Below are positions 17,330 to 25,867 of a stretch of 32,000 bases of DNA, one piece after another (position 1 is the first letter of the stretch; every line of letters begins with the position of its first letter). A program made the translations under genes and the position numbers. The stretch is from Synechococcus sp. A15-24 (GTDB lineage: Bacteria; Cyanobacteriota; Cyanobacteriia; PCC-6307; Cyanobiaceae), in assembly GCF_014280195.1 (NCBI RefSeq), contig NZ_CP047960.1:840001-872000 (forward strand), in the 5' to 3' direction. A model generated the notes under the pieces. The model saw only the letters and a program-made list of their open reading frames with translations, had not been told where the DNA came from and did no database searches.

Positions 17330-17835
17330 CGCCAGCTCCGCAGGCTCCGCTCCAGCACCTGCTCCACCGAACCACTCATCAGCGCACCGGCGCCACCCCA
17401 CACCAGTCGCAACGGCAGATCCCACAGGGCTGCTGCCACATCCCGCTCCAGCTGAAAGCCCCGTTGGCGGAAATAACGCACCAGCCTGCGGTGCTGGCGT
17501 TCGTCATCGCGGATCGCCAGCAGCCGGGCTCTGCGGCAGGGGGTTGCCTCCAGGGCCCAGGCCATGGTGGCGGCCCAGACCAGATCGCCCACCCCTGCAG
17601 GGCTTTGGGGAACCACCTGCATCGTGTCCAGCTGCAGGCCGTTGCTCGTTCCGTAGCCCCAGCCTTTCATCTCCCCCAGCAGATGCGCTGTGCCATTCGC
17701 CCCTGGGCAGGCCACCACCAACCTCAGGCTCCAGAGCCCCAGCGGACGGCCTACCTGCAGCCGCAGCAGCAGGCCCCGCTCGCGGGCTTGCAACTCGAGC
17801 CGCTCAAGGATGGACGGTGATGGTTCGGTGTTCAT
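17314..17835 (-). CDS. Conserved-looking hypothetical protein with a possible GNAT-like fold
   Basis: 173 aa. ATG 17835 overlaps the upstream stop (ATGA). [17 protein letters not shown]...[25 protein letters not shown] resembles the GNAT acetyl-CoA-binding region plus the following strand and helix. This is pattern recognition only. Confidence 0.6.
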   Translation of the reverse strand: MNTEPSPSILERLELQARERGLLLRLQVGRPLGLWSLRLVVACPGANGTAHLLGEMKGWGYGTSNGLQLDTMQVVPQSPAGVGDLVWAATMAWALEATPCRRARLLAIRDDERQHRRLVRYFRQRGFQLERDVAAALWDLPLRLVWGGAGALMSGSVEQVLERSLRSWRQSAA

Positions 17836-18791
17836 CGATGGCTCACGCGGCGCACGGCATGGAAAGGCAAGGGACCGTAGAGATGGGGGAAGAGTTCACC
17901 GGTGGGAATCGCGTCGGCCCGTAGGGGGGCAGACATCAGAGCCGGGTCGATCTCCAGCAACAGCACTTCACCGGCATCGGCATAGAAGCGGTCATAGGTT
18001 GCATCGAGCTGTTCGCGCCAGGAGCAGTGGATGAAGCCCACCTGCTCGAGCATCAGTCCGCGGGTGGAGACGCGGTACTCCCCATCGTTCTGGGCCTGAC
18101 GCCAATCCGAGGCGAGGGCCAGATGAAATAAGGATTGATCCGTTGGAACAGCGATGGCGTCGGCCGGGAAAAGGTGCTGTTGACCGCCTGGATCCCAGGG
18201 ATCGGCGCGCTGCATCAATCGCTCAAAAGCAGGCGCCTGCAGGAAGCGGTTCAGCCAACCGCGCAATGGCTCCAGCTCAGGGTCGGCATCGAATCCCTGA
18301 GGATCAGCGATCCACCACTGGCGCACGAACGGCCACAGGGCTGCATCGGCCAGGCCCATCCGTTCACCGGCCAGCCAGCCTGCTGCTCGGATGCGGTCAT
18401 TCCATCCCTTGAGGATCGCCCGTCCCTCCTGTTGATGGGTTGATCGATCCGCCTCTGGATAACGGTCGCTGTACTTGAAACGGTCGAGGTGGTGTTTGAA
18501 CGCACCGTCGTTCTGCTGCACCCACGGATCCAGATCACCTGCACCGAGACAGTCCCTGGGGTCCGCCTGGGCCAGGGCCCAATGCATCAGCTCGAGGCTT
18601 TCCTCGATCACGGTGCCGTCGGCCAGCACCAGCACCGGCACCGTGCCCTTGGCTGAGGCTTCCAGCATGGCGGCGGGTTTGGCACGCAATTCGATCTCGC
18701 GCCACTGCACCAGTAACCCCGCCTCCAACAGGGCCCAACGTGCCCGCATGGCGTAAGGGCATCGCCGGAAGCTGTAGAGGATCGGCAGCAT
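17832..18791 (-). CDS. Fusion of a Cys-type glutathione S-transferase (N and C domains) with a C-terminal DUF952 domain
   Basis: From ATG 18791: MLPILYSFRRCPYAMRARWALLEAG...GTVPVLVLADGTVIEESL is a thioredoxin-fold GST_N domain with a CPY motif, followed by a GST_C-like helical region. The C-terminus, LFHLALASDW...VGFIHCS...LLLEIDP...ELFPHLYGPLPFHAV, matches the DUF952 pattern. The track start at 18869 adds 26 aa of non-GST sequence. Confidence 0.8.
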   Translation of the reverse strand: MLPILYSFRRCPYAMRARWALLEAGLLVQWREIELRAKPAAMLEASAKGTVPVLVLADGTVIEESLELMHWALAQADPRDCLGAGDLDPWVQQNDGAFKHHLDRFKYSDRYPEADRSTHQQEGRAILKGWNDRIRAAGWLAGERMGLADAALWPFVRQWWIADPQGFDADPELEPLRGWLNRFLQAPAFERLMQRADPWDPGGQQHLFPADAIAVPTDQSLFHLALASDWRQAQNDGEYRVSTRGLMLEQVGFIHCSWREQLDATYDRFYADAGEVLLLEIDPALMSAPLRADAIPTGELFPHLYGPLPFHAVRRVSHR

Positions 18792-18873
18792 GAGCTTGGC
18801 GTCGGAGTGTTGATGCGTTAGGGATGGGTGTGAACGGCCTGAATCGTGGATGCGAGCTCTGGTTCCCATTGGA

Positions 18874-18999
18874 ATGCTCGCCTGGATGGTGGGTCTGTTT
18901 GTCGCCCATTACCAAATTCACGCCGGAGGCTGCGTCACCGAAGCGCGCTGGGCCTCTCAGAACGATGAGGTGTACGACCGTGAACTGGAGGTGAACTGA
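18874..18999 (+). CDS. Mini-ORF of 41 aa, below the track's size cut-off
   Basis: My own translation is MLAWMVGLFVAHYQIHAGGCVTEARWASQNDEVYDRELEVN. Third positions are G/C-rich like the host genes. Its TGA (18997-18999) shares its A with the ATG of the next ORF. Confidence 0.3.
   Translation: MLAWMVGLFVAHYQIHAGGCVTEARWASQNDEVYDRELEVN
18987..18991 (+). promoter_or_regulatory. GGAGG Shine-Dalgarno sequence for ORF 18999-19187, embedded in the upstream mini-ORF
   Basis: The sequence reads ctGGAGGtgaactgATG, a 7-nt spacing. Confidence 0.4.
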
Positions 19000-19187
19000 T
19001 GGCTCGTAAGCGCATCTCCTTTCGCGATCCCGTCTGGTTGATCCCCATGGTGATCGTTGGCCTGGGCTGTTCCGTTCAAACGCTTCACATGCTGGAGCAC
19101 ACCCGTTATTGCAAAACGGATGCTGAGTGGAAGTCTCTCTACAACGAGAAGTCGTCGGACTCCCTAGGAGAGTCCGACGACTTCTGA
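18999..19187 (+). CDS. Small protein of 62 aa with one TM helix and an acidic tail
   Basis: MARKRISFRDPVWLIPMVIVGLGCSVQTL... has a positive N-terminus followed by a hydrophobic helix. It has an SD at proper spacing and a TGATG overlap with the 41-aa ORF. As a caveat, its last 12 codons are encoded by the 19148-19184 hairpin. Confidence 0.4.
   Translation: MARKRISFRDPVWLIPMVIVGLGCSVQTLHMLEHTRYCKTDAEWKSLYNEKSSDSLGESDDF
19148..19184. terminator. Perfect 15-bp stem hairpin at a convergent gene junction
   Basis: gaagtcgtcggactc (19148-19162) and gagtccgacgacttc (19170-19184) are exact reverse complements with a 7-nt loop, cctagga. It starts 3 nt after the stop of the minus-strand gene 19188-20366. 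Neither strand has a clear U tract. Confidence 0.55.
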
Positions 19188-20366
19188 TCAGGCGTAGGGA
19201 GTGGAGGAGTGGTGCACCACAATCCGAACTGCCCCGTCTTCTCCCTTCTGGTACGTCCAGGTTTTGTCGACATAACCGACGTTGCCAGCTTCATCTTCGG
19301 TGTAAAGCCACCCCATTGAGGTCGCTGTATCACCGTCTAGGCGAATAACTGCATTTTCAGTCCAGGCGTCAGCCCAAGGTTGTCTCTCTCCTGTGGTGGA
19401 GTCGGGCTTGTTGCCAATGGCAAAGCCAAGGTCGTCGTAGTCATCATTGCCGCCAACGAAATATGAAATGGCTCCTGCACGATCTGTGCGGAAGGTGGTG
19501 TCCCCATAGGCCCAGGTAGGCTTGAAAGCGACGGGTCCATCCTGGTAGTCGTAAGCGCCGTCAATCACATCTCCAGCCAGGGTTTCGGCGGCATCAAAAC
19601 CATCGTTTTTGTAGGTTTGGCTGATATCGACTAGGGCTTGGCTCCAGGTAGCTTGAGCATCAATCACTTCATCTCTTGTGATTTGGTTGGCGGGGTCAAA
19701 GCCCTGGGCCTTCACAATCTCGTTTTTAATCTTTTCAGGTGCATCAATGCTCTCGTAGGGGGACGAGGAGTGGTGCATCACAATACGCACAATTCCTGAG
19801 CTGTCTTTTTGATAGCCCCAAGTTTTATCCACATAGCTCACATTGCCGGATTCATCTTCTGTGTAGAGGAAGCCCTGCACGGTGGCGGTGTTGCCATCCA
19901 GTCGCATGACAGAGCGATCGAAACGTGCATTGGCCCAAGGGCTTCGCTCGCCTGTGATGGCATCAGGTTTGTTGCCGATGGCGAAACCAAGGTCGTCGTA
20001 GTCATCATTGCCGCCCACGAAATAGGAGATGGCACCGTCACGGTTGGTGCGAAAAGTGGTGTCTCCGCTAGCCCAGGTGGGCTTGAAAGCCACGGCACCG
20101 AGTTGATAGCCATAGGCACCGTCGATTACATCACTAGCTAAGGACTCAGCAGCTTCAAAGCCTTCGGTTTTGTAGGTCTGGCTGATGTCAACCAAGGCTC
20201 TAGTCCAGGCCTTGTGTGCCCGCTTGACATCTTTTTTGGTGATCACAGGGTCGTTCACGACCAACTCAGTGTCTAGAGTTGCGTAGTCGTTTGATCTCGG
20301 TTGTGCAGTGCCGAGTGGTTCAATACATTCGACAATGAGCGCTTGACACAGATCTTCTGAGAACAT
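19188..20366 (-). CDS. Protein of unknown function made of two tandem NTF2/SnoaL-like modules (family assignment tentative)
   Basis: 392 aa. It has a clean ORF in a region with lower third-position GC. Both modules contain AFKPTWA-GDTTFRT, ISYFVGGNDDYDDLGFAIGNKPD and VDKTW-YQK, and both end in RIV-HHSS-PY. No signal peptide. Confidence 0.85.
   Translation of the reverse strand: MFSEDLCQALIVECIEPLGTAQPRSNDYATLDTELVVNDPVITKKDVKRAHKAWTRALVDISQTYKTEGFEAAESLASDVIDGAYGYQLGAVAFKPTWASGDTTFRTNRDGAISYFVGGNDDYDDLGFAIGNKPDAITGERSPWANARFDRSVMRLDGNTATVQGFLYTEDESGNVSYVDKTWGYQKDSSGIVRIVMHHSSSPYESIDAPEKIKNEIVKAQGFDPANQITRDEVIDAQATWSQALVDISQTYKNDGFDAAETLAGDVIDGAYDYQDGPVAFKPTWAYGDTTFRTDRAGAISYFVGGNDDYDDLGFAIGNKPDSTTGERQPWADAWTENAVIRLDGDTATSMGWLYTEDEAGNVGYVDKTWTYQKGEDGAVRIVVHHSSTPYA
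19194..20243 (-). repeat. Intragenic tandem duplication of two 489-nt units offset by 561 nt
   Basis: The units are 19755-20243 (aa 42-204) and 19194-19682 (aa 229-391). My hand alignment gives 119/163 identical residues and no indels. A 29-nt block, ccaaggtcgtcgtagtcatcattgccgcc, is identical at 19426-19454 and 19987-20015. Confidence 0.9.
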
Positions 20367-20385
20367 GATTATCAGTATAAGATGC

Positions 20386-20415
20386 GCTCTTTTTAGCGAT
20401 TCCGCTAAAAAGAGC
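20386..20415. terminator. Perfect 12-bp stem hairpin between trhO and the duplicated-module gene
   Basis: gctctttttagc (20386-20397) and gctaaaaagagc (20404-20415) are exact reverse complements with loop gattcc. It lies 30 nt downstream of the trhO TAA on the minus strand. Confidence 0.5.
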
Positions 20416-20444
20416 TTCTAACCCTAATCTTGTTTTCAGTTTCA

Positions 20445-21383
20445 TTAGGTCTGATTCCTTGAATTGGCGCTTTGTTTGTTGTCCATCTGCCGTTGGCGCA
20501 TGGCGAAGCGTTGGCGGTCGCTCTCCGAAAAACGGTCGATGCAATGCAGGCACTGCACCCCTTTGATGTAACTCGGCAAAGACCGCTGCTCGGGTGAAAG
20601 GGGCAGTCCGCAGGCATGGCAGAGGCTGTGCTCTCCGGGTTCCAGTTGGTGGTTGAGGGCCACCCGCTGATCGAACACGAAGCATTCCCCTCGCCAACGG
20701 CTCTCCTCCTCGGGGACCTGCTCGAGGTACTTGAGGATGCCGCCCCGCAGGTGATGCACCTCCCCGAACCCCTGGTGTTGCAGGTAACTGCTGGCTTTCT
20801 CGCAGCGGATGCCGCCGGTGCAGAATATGGCGATGCGCTTTGGTGCGGTCTCGTCAATGAGGGGGCGGAGCTTGGTTTCGGCCCAGTGAGGAAAGTCGCG
20901 GAAACTTTCGGTACCTGGATCGATGGCACCGTCAAAGCTGCCGATGGCGGTCTCGTAGTGGTTCCGGGTGTCGATCACCAGGGTGTCGGGGTCATCGACC
21001 AGGGCGTTCCAGTGCTCGGGATCCACATAGGTGCCGACGTTGGCTCGGGGATCCACGCCAGTCACCCCCATGGTCACGATTTCCTTCTTGCGCCGAGCCT
21101 TGAAACGGCGGAATACCGATCGCTCCGCCCAGCTGCGTTTCACCTCCAACCGTTCAAAGTAATGCTCGCCCAGCTTCAGCTGCTGCTGCAGGTGCTCAAG
21201 CAGGCCCTCGACCCCCTGCTCCGGACCACTGATCGTGCCATTGACGCCCTCCATGGCAACCAGTACCGAGCCGAGCACAGCCCCTTGATGGGCCTGGGGC
21301 GGTAAGGCGCTCAGCAAAGCCTCGCGCTGGTCGTCATCGAGGGGTGTGAAGGCGTAGAACGCCGCCACCAGCAAGCGACTCAT
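20445..21383 (-). CDS. trhO: Rhodanese-domain protein of the UPF0176 / TrhO family (tRNA uridine-34 hydroxylase)
   Basis: The N-terminus is LVAAFYAFTPLDD. The rhodanese active-site loop is IFCTGGIRCEKASSYL. The C-terminal Cys pairs are CHACG...CLHC. I prefer ATG 21383; the alternative GTG 21398 would overlap bioB by 7 nt. Confidence 0.85.
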   Translation of the reverse strand: MSRLLVAAFYAFTPLDDDQREALLSALPPQAHQGAVLGSVLVAMEGVNGTISGPEQGVEGLLEHLQQQLKLGEHYFERLEVKRSWAERSVFRRFKARRKKEIVTMGVTGVDPRANVGTYVDPEHWNALVDDPDTLVIDTRNHYETAIGSFDGAIDPGTESFRDFPHWAETKLRPLIDETAPKRIAIFCTGGIRCEKASSYLQHQGFGEVHHLRGGILKYLEQVPEEESRWRGECFVFDQRVALNHQLEPGEHSLCHACGLPLSPEQRSLPSYIKGVQCLHCIDRFSESDRQRFAMRQRQMDNKQSANSRNQT

Positions 21384-21391
21384 GCCGTGGT

Positions 21392-22357
21392 CTAGCACTC
21401 CTGCCAGTTGGCCTGCACACCGGCATCAGCAAGCAACTGACGGTCGGCTTCAACGTCTGGATTGCCAGTGGTCAGCAGGGTGTCGCCGTAAAAGATCGAA
21501 TCAGCGCCGGCCTGCAGGCAGAGGATCTGCGCTTCCCGGCTCATCGATTCACGGCCAGCGCTGAGTCGCACCCGGGCCCGTGGCATCAGGATTCTTGCGG
21601 TGGCCACCATCCGCACCAGGTCTAGCGGCTCAAACGGAGCCTGATCTTCGAGGGGGGTGCCCTCCACAGCCACCAGACCGTTCACAGGAACACTCTCCGG
21701 GTGCGGGTCCATCGAGGCCAGCACCTGCAGCATCGAGGCGCGATCCCGCAACGTCTCCCCCATACCGATGATGCCGCCGCAGCAGAGGGTGACACCCGCC
21801 TTGCGCACCCGTTGCAGGGTCTCGAGTCGCTCCTGATACGTTCGGGTGGAAATGATCCGGTCGTAGTGCTCGGGGCTGGTGTCGAGGTTGTGGTTGTAGG
21901 CGGTGAGGCCCGCTTCCGCCAGCCGTTCCGCCTGCTGATCGCTGAGCATTCCGGCGGTCACGCAGGCCTCCATGCCCAGGTCCCGCACGCCGCGCACCAT
22001 CGACAACATCGCTTCGAAGGGAGCGCCATCGCGGATCTCTCGCCAGGCCCAGCCCATGCAGAAGCGATCGGCGCCAGCCTTTTTCGCCGCCCGGGCCCGT
22101 TGCAGCACCGGCTCCACCTGCATCTGGGCCTCGAAGGCCGTCACATCACTGCTGTTGTGGATCGATTGGGAGCAGTAGGCACAGTCCTCTTCGCAGCCGC
22201 CGGTCTTCACGCTGAGCAGGGAGGCCAGTTGCACCCGGTAGCCGGGGTTGGCGGTGCGGTGCACGGTTTGCGCTTGCCAGAGCAATTCCATCAGCGGAAG
22301 CTCCAGCAGCGCCTGGATTTCGGCGATGGTCCAGTCGTGGCGGATCGTGAGCGTCAT
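21392..22357 (-). CDS. bioB: Biotin synthase
   Basis: 321 aa. The radical-SAM motif is [13 protein letters not shown], with the typical BioB body ([10 protein letters not shown]). Its ATG overlaps the uppS stop (ATGA at 22354-22357). Confidence 0.95.
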   Translation of the reverse strand: MTLTIRHDWTIAEIQALLELPLMELLWQAQTVHRTANPGYRVQLASLLSVKTGGCEEDCAYCSQSIHNSSDVTAFEAQMQVEPVLQRARAAKKAGADRFCMGWAWREIRDGAPFEAMLSMVRGVRDLGMEACVTAGMLSDQQAERLAEAGLTAYNHNLDTSPEHYDRIISTRTYQERLETLQRVRKAGVTLCCGGIIGMGETLRDRASMLQVLASMDPHPESVPVNGLVAVEGTPLEDQAPFEPLDLVRMVATARILMPRARVRLSAGRESMSREAQILCLQAGADSIFYGDTLLTTGNPDVEADRQLLADAGVQANWQEC

Positions 22358-23136
22358 GGTGTGAGTGGATCAAGGCCTCCGAAGCGGCGGGAGCGGCTTT
22401 GGAAATCCAGCAACGCCCGCTTCAGGGCCTCGGCATTGAAGTCAGGCCAGAACACATCGGTGACGTGGATCTCGGCATAGGCCAGTTGCCAGAGCAGAAA
22501 GTTGCTGATGCGGTGTTCGCCGCTGGTGCGAATCAACAGATCAGGATCCTGCTCTCCGGCGGTGAACAATTCCGCCGCCAGGCTGTTCTCATCAATGTCT
22601 TCGGGCACAAGATCGCCGTTGGCGGCTTGACGCGCCAGACGCTGCGCCGCTCGCACCAGCTCCCGCCGACCGCCGTAATTGGTGCAGACGTTGAAATGAA
22701 TGCCGCCGTTGGCAGCGGTCCGCTCCGTGGCATCACCAATCAGCTCCTGCAGTTTCAGCGGTAGGGCGTCCAGGTCACCGAGAAAACGGATGCGGACCTG
22801 TTCGTCTTCAAGGGTGCGCAGCTCCTTCTGCAGCACCCGTTCGAACAGGGTCATGAGGAAATTCACCTCATCACCTGGCCGAGACCAGTTCTCGGTTGAG
22901 AAGGCGTAAGCGGTGAGGGCAGCGATGCCCCAGTCGCTGCAAAGACGAAGGGTTGACTTGAGCGCTTCCACCCCAGCGCGATGCCCCATTACCCGGGGTA
23001 GTCCCCTGGATTCAGCCCAGCGACCGTTGCCATCCATGATCACGGCCACGTGGGAGGGCAGCTGCTGGCTATCCAGCTCGGCAGGGCAGAGCCTGGATGG
23101 AGTGGTGTCGTGGCTGGTGGCCGGAGGTCGGCTCAA
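22354..23136 (-). CDS. uppS: Undecaprenyl-diphosphate synthase (cis-prenyltransferase)
   Basis: Motifs: [42 protein letters not shown]. Only a TTG start (23136) is available, and it overlaps the cdaA TGA (TTGA). Confidence 0.9.
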   Translation of the reverse strand: MSRPPATSHDTTPSRLCPAELDSQQLPSHVAVIMDGNGRWAESRGLPRVMGHRAGVEALKSTLRLCSDWGIAALTAYAFSTENWSRPGDEVNFLMTLFERVLQKELRTLEDEQVRIRFLGDLDALPLKLQELIGDATERTAANGGIHFNVCTNYGGRRELVRAAQRLARQAANGDLVPEDIDENSLAAELFTAGEQDPDLLIRTSGEHRISNFLLWQLAYAEIHVTDVFWPDFNAEALKRALLDFQSRSRRFGGLDPLTP

Positions 23137-23963
23137 GACAGCGATTCAGCCGATGAGTTCACCACCGTACGTCGTGCTGGTGGCCTGGATTCGGCGCTGC
23201 TGAGCAGTTCCAGCAAGAGCTCCTCCAGCCTGGAACTGGTGATCGGTCGCTCGAGCTTGCCTTGATTGGAGAGCGACAAGGTGCCGGTTTCCTCAGAGAC
23301 AACAATGCAGATACAGCGGTCAAACCGTTCGGTGATGCCGAGAGCCGCCAGGTGACGGGTTCCGTAGCGGCTGACGCTGTGGCGGGACAGCGGCAGGATC
23401 ACGCCGGCTGCTTCGATGCGATTGCCACGCACAAGAACTGCTCCGTCGTGGAGCGGTGTGTCGGCGGCGAAGAGATTCAACAACAGTTCACGACTGAGTT
23501 GCGCACCGATGGCGACGCCGGGGTTGAGGAAGTCCTCCGGCCGAAGATCACTGCCCATATCTACCACGATCAGGGCTCCCCGACGCTGCTGTGAGAGGCG
23601 GCCGGCTGCCTCGGTGATCTGCGTCACGGTGCCGGCACTGCCCCGGAACTCCTTCTGGGGATTGCCGAGCAACACCGCCAGCCTGCCGGTGCCGAGCAGT
23701 TCCATCAGACGCCGTAACTCCCCCTGCCAGAGAATGGCCAATGACAGAGAGCAGGCCAGCACCAAAGCATCGACCAGTTTCGAGGTCAGCGGCAGATTGG
23801 CGTAGCGCTGAACGAACCAGGCCAGAGCAACCAGAAAAAGGTATCCCCTCAGGAGCCAAAGGGTTCGTGCCTCATTGACCCTGGAAAACAGCAGAAACCC
23901 AATGGCTGAGGCGAACAGAACGTCAAGAACCAGGCGCGGATCCACCACCGCCAGCACGTTCAC
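23133..23963 (-). CDS. cdaA: Membrane-anchored diadenylate cyclase (CdaA/DacA type)
   Basis: The N-terminus is hydrophobic and TM-rich. The DAC domain carries [28 protein letters not shown] and [16 protein letters not shown] start at 23963. Confidence 0.85.
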   Translation of the reverse strand: MNVLAVVDPRLVLDVLFASAIGFLLFSRVNEARTLWLLRGYLFLVALAWFVQRYANLPLTSKLVDALVLACSLSLAILWQGELRRLMELLGTGRLAVLLGNPQKEFRGSAGTVTQITEAAGRLSQQRRGALIVVDMGSDLRPEDFLNPGVAIGAQLSRELLLNLFAADTPLHDGAVLVRGNRIEAAGVILPLSRHSVSRYGTRHLAALGITERFDRCICIVVSEETGTLSLSNQGKLERPITSSRLEELLLELLSSAESRPPARRTVVNSSAESLS

Positions 23964-23984
23964 CCAGCCAAAGTCTTACTGATC

Positions 23985-25364
23985 TCAAGGTAACGCCCGG
24001 AACCGCTCTGGCAGCACGTCGTAGCGCAGCAAATCATCCGGCTGCTCGCGCTTCTGAACAAGCTCCGAAGAGCCGCTCTGCACCACCACGGCAGCGGGCC
24101 GTGGAATTCGGTTGTAGTTGGAGCTCATCGATGAGTTGTAGGCACCGGTTGCGAACACGGCGACGATGTCTCCGCTGCGGGTGGTGGGGAGCGGTAAATC
24201 CTTCAGCAGAACATCACCGGATTCGCAGTGTTTGCCCACCAGGTTCACGGTCTCTTCCGCAGGGGCCAGCGGTCGGTCGGCCAGGCAGCAGGTGTAAAGC
24301 GACTGATAGGTGATCGGTCTGGGGTTGTCGCTCATGCCGCCGTCGATGGCGACGTAGGTGCGCACACCAGGAATGGTCTTGCGGGAACCCACGGCATACA
24401 GCGTCACTCCGGCGGTGGCCACCAGGGAACGGCCCGGCTCGCATAGCAACCGTGGTAACTCCAGTTGACGATCCCGGCAGGCGGCCGTGACGGCATCGGC
24501 CACCACCTTCACCCATTGCTCGATGGTTGGCGGATCATCCGAGGCCACGTAACGGATCCCGAGGCCGCCTCCAACATTGAGGTCCTTCACGGGATGCCCC
24601 AGGCTGCGGGCCAGCTTGAGGGCATCGGCCATCACCGCTGCCAGGTCCCGATGCGGCTCCAGTTCAAAGATCTGGGAGCCGATGTGGGCATGAAGTCCGG
24701 TGAGCTTCGCCCAGGGCTTGCCCACCAGCTGCCGCAGCACCGACTCCAGCAGGTCGGGGTCGAAGCCGAACTTGCTGTCCAGGTGGCCGGTTTGGATGTA
24801 CTCGTGGGTGTGGCACTCGATGCCGGGGGTGAAGCGCAGCATCAGCCGGGCCGGTGCACCGCCGGCAGGCACCAGTTCCGCCAGGCGTTCCAGATCGTGC
24901 TGATTGTCAACGACGATCGTGACGTTGTTGTTGTAGGCGAGCAGGAGCTCCTCGTCGTTCTTGTTGTTGCCGTGCAGCACCATCCGCTCGCCGGGCATCC
25001 CCCCCTGGAAAGCCGTCAGCAATTCACCGGCGGAGACCGCATCGAGGCCGAGACCTTCGGAGGCGGCGATGCTGCTCATCAGCAGTGAGCTGTTGGCTTT
25101 GGAGGCGTAGATGGGCAGGGAGGGCCCGGGGTAATGCTGTTTCAGAGCGTCCCTGTAGGCACGACAGGTGCCGCGCACCGTGTCCTCATCCAGCACGTAA
25201 AGAGGTGTGCCGTAGCGCTGGGCAAGGTCGCTGAGCAGGCAACCCCCCACCATCAGCCGATCACGCTCGTCCAGACAGGTGGTGACTGGCGCCAGGTTGC
25301 GGTTGGGACTGGTCGTGTCCCGCTCTGCTTCGTAGGGCTTCTGGCTGGCGATGGCTTGGGTCAC
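23985..25364 (-). CDS. lysA: Diaminopimelate decarboxylase
   Basis: 459 aa. TPLYVLDE, the PLP-lysine context IYASKANS, HAHIGSQI and GKHCESGD are present. GTG start at 25364. Confidence 0.93.
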   Translation of the reverse strand: MTQAIASQKPYEAERDTTSPNRNLAPVTTCLDERDRLMVGGCLLSDLAQRYGTPLYVLDEDTVRGTCRAYRDALKQHYPGPSLPIYASKANSSLLMSSIAASEGLGLDAVSAGELLTAFQGGMPGERMVLHGNNKNDEELLLAYNNNVTIVVDNQHDLERLAELVPAGGAPARLMLRFTPGIECHTHEYIQTGHLDSKFGFDPDLLESVLRQLVGKPWAKLTGLHAHIGSQIFELEPHRDLAAVMADALKLARSLGHPVKDLNVGGGLGIRYVASDDPPTIEQWVKVVADAVTAACRDRQLELPRLLCEPGRSLVATAGVTLYAVGSRKTIPGVRTYVAIDGGMSDNPRPITYQSLYTCCLADRPLAPAEETVNLVGKHCESGDVLLKDLPLPTTRSGDIVAVFATGAYNSSMSSNYNRIPRPAAVVVQSGSSELVQKREQPDDLLRYDVLPERFRALP

Positions 25365-25420
25365 GACGGGCCGGCGAAGAGGGGCAATGTAGGAATCGGA
25401 GTGCCCCCGGCAGGTTCAGG

Positions 25421-25867
25421 GTGACTGTGATCGATCTCGATCCCCGCTGGTTGGCGGCGTGTCTCGTTCTGGACGAACGGGCGTTGAAGGGGTTCTGGAG
25501 TGCTCAGCAGTGGCGTTCCGAACTGGAGGATCCCCTTCGCCTCTGCCTTGGGTTGGCGCGGGACGAGGAAGGCTTGTCCGGAGTGGCCTGCGGCTGGTTG
25601 GTCGTGGATGAGCTGCACATCACGGTGTTGGCGGTGGATCCCGACGAGCGCCAACGGGGCCATGGCCGTCGTCTTCTCACGGCGCTGTTGCAACGGGCAC
25701 GCCAGGACGGTGCCGCTCACGCCACCCTCGAGGTTCGCAGCGACAACATCGCCGCACTCTCTCTGTATCACCGCGTTGGTTTCAAAACCGCCGGTCGTCG
25801 GGAGAGGTACTACCGAGACGGTTCCGATGCCCTGATCCAGTGGCGCCGGTTGTCCACCGAGGAGTAG
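25421..25867 (+). CDS. rimI: GNAT acetyltransferase of the RimI type (ribosomal-protein-alanine N-acetyltransferase)
   Basis: 148 aa. ITVLAVDPDERQRGHGRRLLTALL...LEVRSDNIAALSLYHRVGFKTAGRRERYY. GTG start at 25421. Confidence 0.75.
   Translation: MTVIDLDPRWLAACLVLDERALKGFWSAQQWRSELEDPLRLCLGLARDEEGLSGVACGWLVVDELHITVLAVDPDERQRGHGRRLLTALLQRARQDGAAHATLEVRSDNIAALSLYHRVGFKTAGRRERYYRDGSDALIQWRRLSTEE

Noticed and set aside
17124-17924. 266-aa plus-strand ORF, extremely Pro/Ala/Arg/Gly-rich
   Set aside because: It is an off-frame or antisense product overlapping lipA's end and the GNAT-like gene. Its low-complexity composition is typical of spurious high-GC ORFs.
20616-25088. Plus-strand ORFs 20616-21305, 21701-22480, 22399-22764, 23262-23805 and 24465-25088
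   Set aside because: Each lies inside a confidently assigned minus-strand gene (trhO, bioB, uppS, cdaA, lysA) and has no motifs of its own.
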